Source of the DNA: Planctomycetota bacterium
GTDB lineage: Bacteria > Planctomycetota > JAJSAM01 > JAJVHW01
Length of the DNA: 64,000 nucleotides
Direction: 5' to 3'
Assembly: GCA_965248445.1 (NCBI GenBank)
Contig: CBDFJG010000003.1
Location: 1,408,001 to 1,472,000, forward strand
The notes under the pieces were generated by a model. That model searched no databases. It saw only the letters and a list, made by a program, of their open reading frames with translations, and was not told where the DNA came from. Shown piece by piece: positions 59,924 to 64,000 of the stretch; position 1 is the first letter of the stretch; every line of letters begins with the position of its first letter. The position numbers and the translations under genes are program-made.

Positions 59924-62900
59924 TCAGATGCCGTGCACCCGGCACGCCGCTGTGATCTCGCGGTTGACACGGTTGTTGCCGAGCATCGTCGCGCGTATGT
60001 CGTCGTCCACGAGCGCGGCCTCCGCGTCGAGCACGCGCTTGGCGGCTTCCAGGTGCGTGCGGTCACCGGTCGCCTTCCAAAGGAGGTAGCGGGCCTCGCG
60101 GGACTCCACGGCGCTCAGACGCTTCTCGTGGTCCGTGAACGCCGCAAGGGCGTCCGCTGCGTCGTGACCCGCGAGGCATGCGAGCTCGCAGAGCGCCATC
60201 GTCGCGACGGCGGGGAACCGGTTCTCCGTCGCTAGATCCCGCGCAGTCTCGAGCGACTCGCGTCCGTCCGCCCCACTGCCGCCTGCGGCCAGACCACGCG
60301 CGGCGCGCAGCGACCCCAGCATGAGGTGCGTCCCCGCGGCGAGGTGCCGCTGGCCGATCTCCGCACACAGGTCGAGGCACGCGACGAAGCGTTCCTCCGC
60401 GTGCCCTTCCTCCCTCTGTTCGCGCAGGACGACACCCAGGTTGTGCTGCGCGATGGCCTCGCCCAGCCGATAGCCGATCTCGCGGCTGAGTGCGAGGTAG
60501 CGCTCGATGTGCTCCCGCGCTTCGGCCAGGCGGCCGAGAGATTGGAACGCGTTGCCCAGGTTGCCGGTGGCGGCGGCCTCGCCCCGCCGGTCACCCATCT
60601 CGCGAGACAGCGCGAGGCGACGCTGGTGGTGCGCCATGGCGCCCGCGAGGTCGCCGCGGCCCTGCAGGACGTTGCCGAGGTTCCCCGTGGCGCGCGCTTC
60701 GCCCGCGCTGTCACCGATCTCGCGGCTGATCTCGAGGTTCTGCTCGTTGTAGTCCTGCGCCTCCGCCAGGCGGCCCTGGAACTCGAACACGCCGCCCAGA
60801 CTGCCCAGCGCGGCGGACTCGCCCTCGCGGTCGCCACGTGCGCGCGCGATCTCGAGAGCCCGTCCGTAGGTGCGCTCGGCGTCGTCGTGCCGCGACGTGC
60901 CGAAGTAGAACGTGCCGAGCGCCTGCATAGCCCTGCGCAGCAGTTCGTCGTCGCCGGCCTCTTCGGCGAGACGCGCGGCTTCCTGCGCGCACTCTCCCTG
61001 CCGCGCGCGCCGGCCGAGCGAGTTGAGCGGGCCGCAAAGCCGCAGCAGTGCCGTCCCGCGTTCGGCGCCGCGGAGCAGGTCCGGCACCGCGAGGGCGCGC
61101 TCGACAAGAGCGACCGAGCGCCCGTGCAGGTAGTTCCTCTGAAGGTGCGTCTGCGCGATTGGGAGGTAACGCAGCGCCGCTTCGCCGCGCGCGCCCTGCA
61201 AGAACTGCTCACAGAGATCCACGGCGAGGGCGCCATCGAGCGTGTCGGGGTCACGCTGCGCGGCCTCCGTGCGCGACTCGAGCGCTTCGGCCAGCGCGGC
61301 GTGGTACTCCTCGCGCAGTTGCTCGTGGAGCGCTTCGTACAACGCCTCCTGAACCTGGTGGTGATCGAAGACGTAGTGGCGGCCGGCTGAGCGCGCCAGG
61401 CGGTGCCGCTTCTCGATGCGTCCGAACGCCTGCAGCGCGGGGATGCGTGACATACCGAGCACAGCGCCGACGAGCACGGGATCGAACTCGAACCCCCAGC
61501 ATGCGGCGATATCGAGCAGGTTGCGCTCGTCGTCGTCGAGGTCGGCGACGCGCGCGCTCACCAGATCCAGCACCGATGACGGGATCCGGATCTCTGCGAG
61601 CACACCCGTCGTCGCCCACGAGCCGTCTGCCTTCTGGGTCAGGAATCTCCCGTCGCGCAGACCCCGCAGGATCTCGAACACGAAGAACGGGTTGCCGTCG
61701 GACTTGGTGCCGATCTGCAATGCGAGTTCCCGGGCCAGACGCGCCGACCCGAGCGTCTCCTGCAGCAGTTCCCCGAGGTCCCGCGGGCCGAGGCGAGAGA
61801 GTTCGAGCCGGTGCGTCTGCGGGAAGCGGTCGAGTCCCGCCAGCCACGCCTCCGGCAGCCCGGGCCGCAGCGTGCCGATGAGCAGCACGCGGTGCCCCGG
61901 CACCGCCATCGCGAGGGCGGCGAACAGTGCGCGGCCCTCCCCCGGCGCGAAGTGCAGGTCGTCGATCAGCACGACGGTCGTACGCTCCACAGCGAGAGCG
62001 CGCGTGGCGTTGACGAAGCACGTCTGCAGCGAATCCTTGACGAGCGGCACCTCGCCCAGCGGCGACGGTTCACCGCGCAGCAGCGCATCGAAGGCCGGCA
62101 CCAGTATCGGCGTCGTCGGGATGTACTCCGCAGAGCCCGCCTCGCCGAGCTGCTCGCGGTACGCCGTCGAGAAGGCGCCGGCGGCGGTCGCCGCGCCGCC
62201 CGGCGGATACGAACCGAACAGGAAGTTCACGTCCTCGCCGTCGCGCAGCAGGCGTCCGATCAGTTCGTCCACCAGACGCGATTTTCCGATACCGGCTTCG
62301 CCTCCGACGAGGAGCACCTGTCCGTCGCCGCTGGATGCGCGTTCGTAGAGCGAGCGCAGGCGCGTCAGTTCGTCCTCGCGGCCGTACACCGCTGTCTCGC
62401 GCGGAATACGGATGCGTCGCAGAGGACGCTGCGTCGCCGCGCGCAGCGCACGCGAACGCGCCCGCCACCAACTGCACTCCTCGCCTTCCGCGAGGACGAC
62501 AGCCAGTTCGTCGGCCGATGAGAACCGCTTCTCGCGCTCCTTCTCGAGGAGAGTGTGCACGGCCTCCTCGAAGAACGGCGAGAGCTGCGGGTTGACGTCA
62601 CCGAGCTTCCGCGGCTCCTCGCGGGTCACCTTCTGGATCGTCTGCACCACGTCGTCAGCGAAGTACGGACACACGCCGGACGCCAGTTCGTAGAGGACGA
62701 GACCGAGCGCGTGCAGGTCCACGCGGCCGTCGAGGTCCTTCCCGCCCCGCTGGAACTGCTCCGGCGCCGCGTAGTAGAGCGACCCCACGAACATCCCCGT
62801 CTGCGAGAGCCGTTGCGCTTCGTCGGCCAGCAGCGCGACACCCAGGTCCATGATCTTGACGACGTGGTCCGGCGTGATCAGCACGTTCTCGGGCTTCATG

Positions 62901-63289
62901 TCCCGGTGGATCGCACCGGCGGCGTGGATCGCGGCCAGCCCCTTGCTCACCTCGCGGCCGATGTGCCGGCAGAGTTCCTCGGGGACGCGTTCGAGTTCGA
63001 CGAGCAACTCCGCGAGCGTCTGACCCTCGACGTACTCCATGGCGAGGAAGTGCTGCCCGTCGATCTCACCGCCGTCGAACGTGCGGACCACGTTCTCGTG
63101 CCGGACCGTCTTGCCGATCTCGATCTCGCGCTGGAAGCGCTCCGCGGCGTCGGAGCGCACGAACATCCGGTCGTGCACGATCTTGAGTGCGACGACACCG
63201 TCGGGTCCTGTCGCGCGGTAGACCGTCCCCATCCCGCCGGCGCCGACTTCGCGGTCGATCGCGTAGGGACCGAGACGTTCGCCGATCAA
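59924..63289 (-). CDS. Ser/Thr protein kinase - STAND-type AAA ATPase - TPR protein
   Basis: GAGGMGTVY, VALK, HRDMKPEN, DLG, YAAPE; VYGREDEL, GEAGIGKS (Walker A), LIDDLH (Walker B), GNPFFV; TPR-like repeats GDxxGEAxAxGNLG; TTG overlaps upstream stop. Confidence 0.92.
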   Translation of the reverse strand: MIGERLGPYAIDREVGAGGMGTVYRATGPDGVVALKIVHDRMFVRSDAAERFQREIEIGKTVRHENVVRTFDGGEIDGQHFLAMEYVEGQTLAELLVELERVPEELCRHIGREVSKGLAAIHAAGAIHRDMKPENVLITPDHVVKIMDLGVALLADEAQRLSQTGMFVGSLYYAAPEQFQRGGKDLDGRVDLHALGLVLYELASGVCPYFADDVVQTIQKVTREEPRKLGDVNPQLSPFFEEAVHTLLEKEREKRFSSADELAVVLAEGEECSWWRARSRALRAATQRPLRRIRIPRETAVYGREDELTRLRSLYERASSGDGQVLLVGGEAGIGKSRLVDELIGRLLRDGEDVNFLFGSYPPGGAATAAGAFSTAYREQLGEAGSAEYIPTTPILVPAFDALLRGEPSPLGEVPLVKDSLQTCFVNATRALAVERTTVVLIDDLHFAPGEGRALFAALAMAVPGHRVLLIGTLRPGLPEAWLAGLDRFPQTHRLELSRLGPRDLGELLQETLGSARLARELALQIGTKSDGNPFFVFEILRGLRDGRFLTQKADGSWATTGVLAEIRIPSSVLDLVSARVADLDDDERNLLDIAACWGFEFDPVLVGAVLGMSRIPALQAFGRIEKRHRLARSAGRHYVFDHHQVQEALYEALHEQLREEYHAALAEALESRTEAAQRDPDTLDGALAVDLCEQFLQGARGEAALRYLPIAQTHLQRNYLHGRSVALVERALAVPDLLRGAERGTALLRLCGPLNSLGRRARQGECAQEAARLAEEAGDDELLRRAMQALGTFYFGTSRHDDAERTYGRALEIARARGDREGESAALGSLGGVFEFQGRLAEAQDYNEQNLEISREIGDSAGEARATGNLGNVLQGRGDLAGAMAHHQRRLALSREMGDRRGEAAATGNLGNAFQSLGRLAEAREHIERYLALSREIGYRLGEAIAQHNLGVVLREQREEGHAEERFVACLDLCAEIGQRHLAAGTHLMLGSLRAARGLAAGGSGADGRESLETARDLATENRFPAVATMALCELACLAGHDAADALAAFTDHEKRLSAVESREARYLLWKATGDRTHLEAAKRVLDAEAALVDDDIRATMLGNNRVNREITAACRVHGI

Positions 63290-64000
63290 ATGCCGGCTTC
63301 CTTGCACGCCGCCATGATCTCGCGGTTCAGGCGGAGGTTCGTGAGCATCGACTGCCGCGTCTCCTCATCGACATGCGCTACCGACTCGTCGAGCAGGCGC
63401 TTCGCCTCTTCGAGATGCGCGCGGTCGCCGGTGGCTTTCCAGAGCAGGTGGCGCGCGACGAGCCGCTCCGCTGCAGACAGCCGGTCCTCGTGCTCCGTGA
63501 AGGCCGCGAGCGCGGCCGCCGCGTCGCCACCGTGGAGGCAGGCGAGTTCGCAGCGCGCGAGCGTCTCGTAGCCGGGGGCCCCGATCGTCGCCGCCAGGTC
63601 GCGCGCCGCGTCGAGCGATGATTGCGCACCCTCGGCGTCCCCCGCCGCGGCGCGCAGGGTCCCCAGCGCCAACTGCGTCGCTGCCGCCGTGTGCCGGGCC
63701 TCCATCGCCTCGGCGAGAGCTACGCTCCGGACGAGGTACTCCTCCGCGACCGCGGTCTCGCCCTCCTCGCGGAGCACGTTGCCCAGGTTGTGGAGCGCGA
63801 TGGCGACGCCCCTTTGGTTCCCGATCTCGCCGCTGAGCGCGAGATACCGCTCCAACTGCTCCAGCGCCTCGGGCAGGCGGCCCTCGGACTGGAAGACCGT
63901 GGCCAGGTTGCCCGTTGCGGCGGCTTCTCCGGCTCGGTCCCCGATCTCGCGACTGAGTGCGAGATGCCGCGCGTAGTGGGTCCGCGCCTCCGCCATGCGT
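63286..64000 (-). CDS. C-terminal TPR region of a paralogous protein (runs off window end)
   Basis: Same TPR repeats and similar C-terminus (LLWKATGDR.HLE.AKR.LD..NREI.AAC...GI) as 59924-63289. Confidence 0.88.
   Translation of the reverse strand, partial: RMAEARTHYARHLALSREIGDRAGEAAATGNLATVFQSEGRLPEALEQLERYLALSGEIGNQRGVAIALHNLGNVLREEGETAVAEEYLVRSVALAEAMEARHTAAATQLALGTLRAAAGDAEGAQSSLDAARDLAATIGAPGYETLARCELACLHGGDAAAALAAFTEHEDRLSAAERLVARHLLWKATGDRAHLEEAKRLLDESVAHVDEETRQSMLTNLRLNREIMAACKEAGI

Overview
GC-rich bacterial chromosomal segment, most likely from a diderm Planctomycetota-like organism. This is inferred from lptB, a HEAT+VWA protein, an OmcB-like DUF11 lipoprotein, a pilin-like DxDxDG protein and kinase-STAND-TPR genes. 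Housekeeping content: rph-rdgB-lepA-lepB operon, lhr, moaA, nadA, dgt, etfAB, lptB, an aspC-type aminotransferase, tRNA-Gly(CCC) and tRNA-Leu(GAG). There are two IS elements. An IS1380 (CTAG duplication) lies in or just upstream of a radical-SAM-like gene that lacks its Cys motif. A single-ORF IS66 without target duplication joins two different truncated genes. The best hidden feature is a membrane-anchored peroxiredoxin/redoxin-like selenoprotein (7356-8135, minus). The ORF track splits it at an in-frame UGA in a W-U-D-F-C motif, which is followed by a perfect SECIS-like hairpin. It sits in a small thiol-redox cluster with a bacilliredoxin. Also notable: an 11-gene MoxR/DUF58/SpoIIM/RDD operon bracketed by three B-box-like zinc-finger membrane proteins; a tandem kinase-STAND-TPR pair; GTAG-type REPs with a compensatory change; a CU-rich sRNA candidate; frequent leaderless-type starts; and two single-base frameshifts that may be assembly errors.
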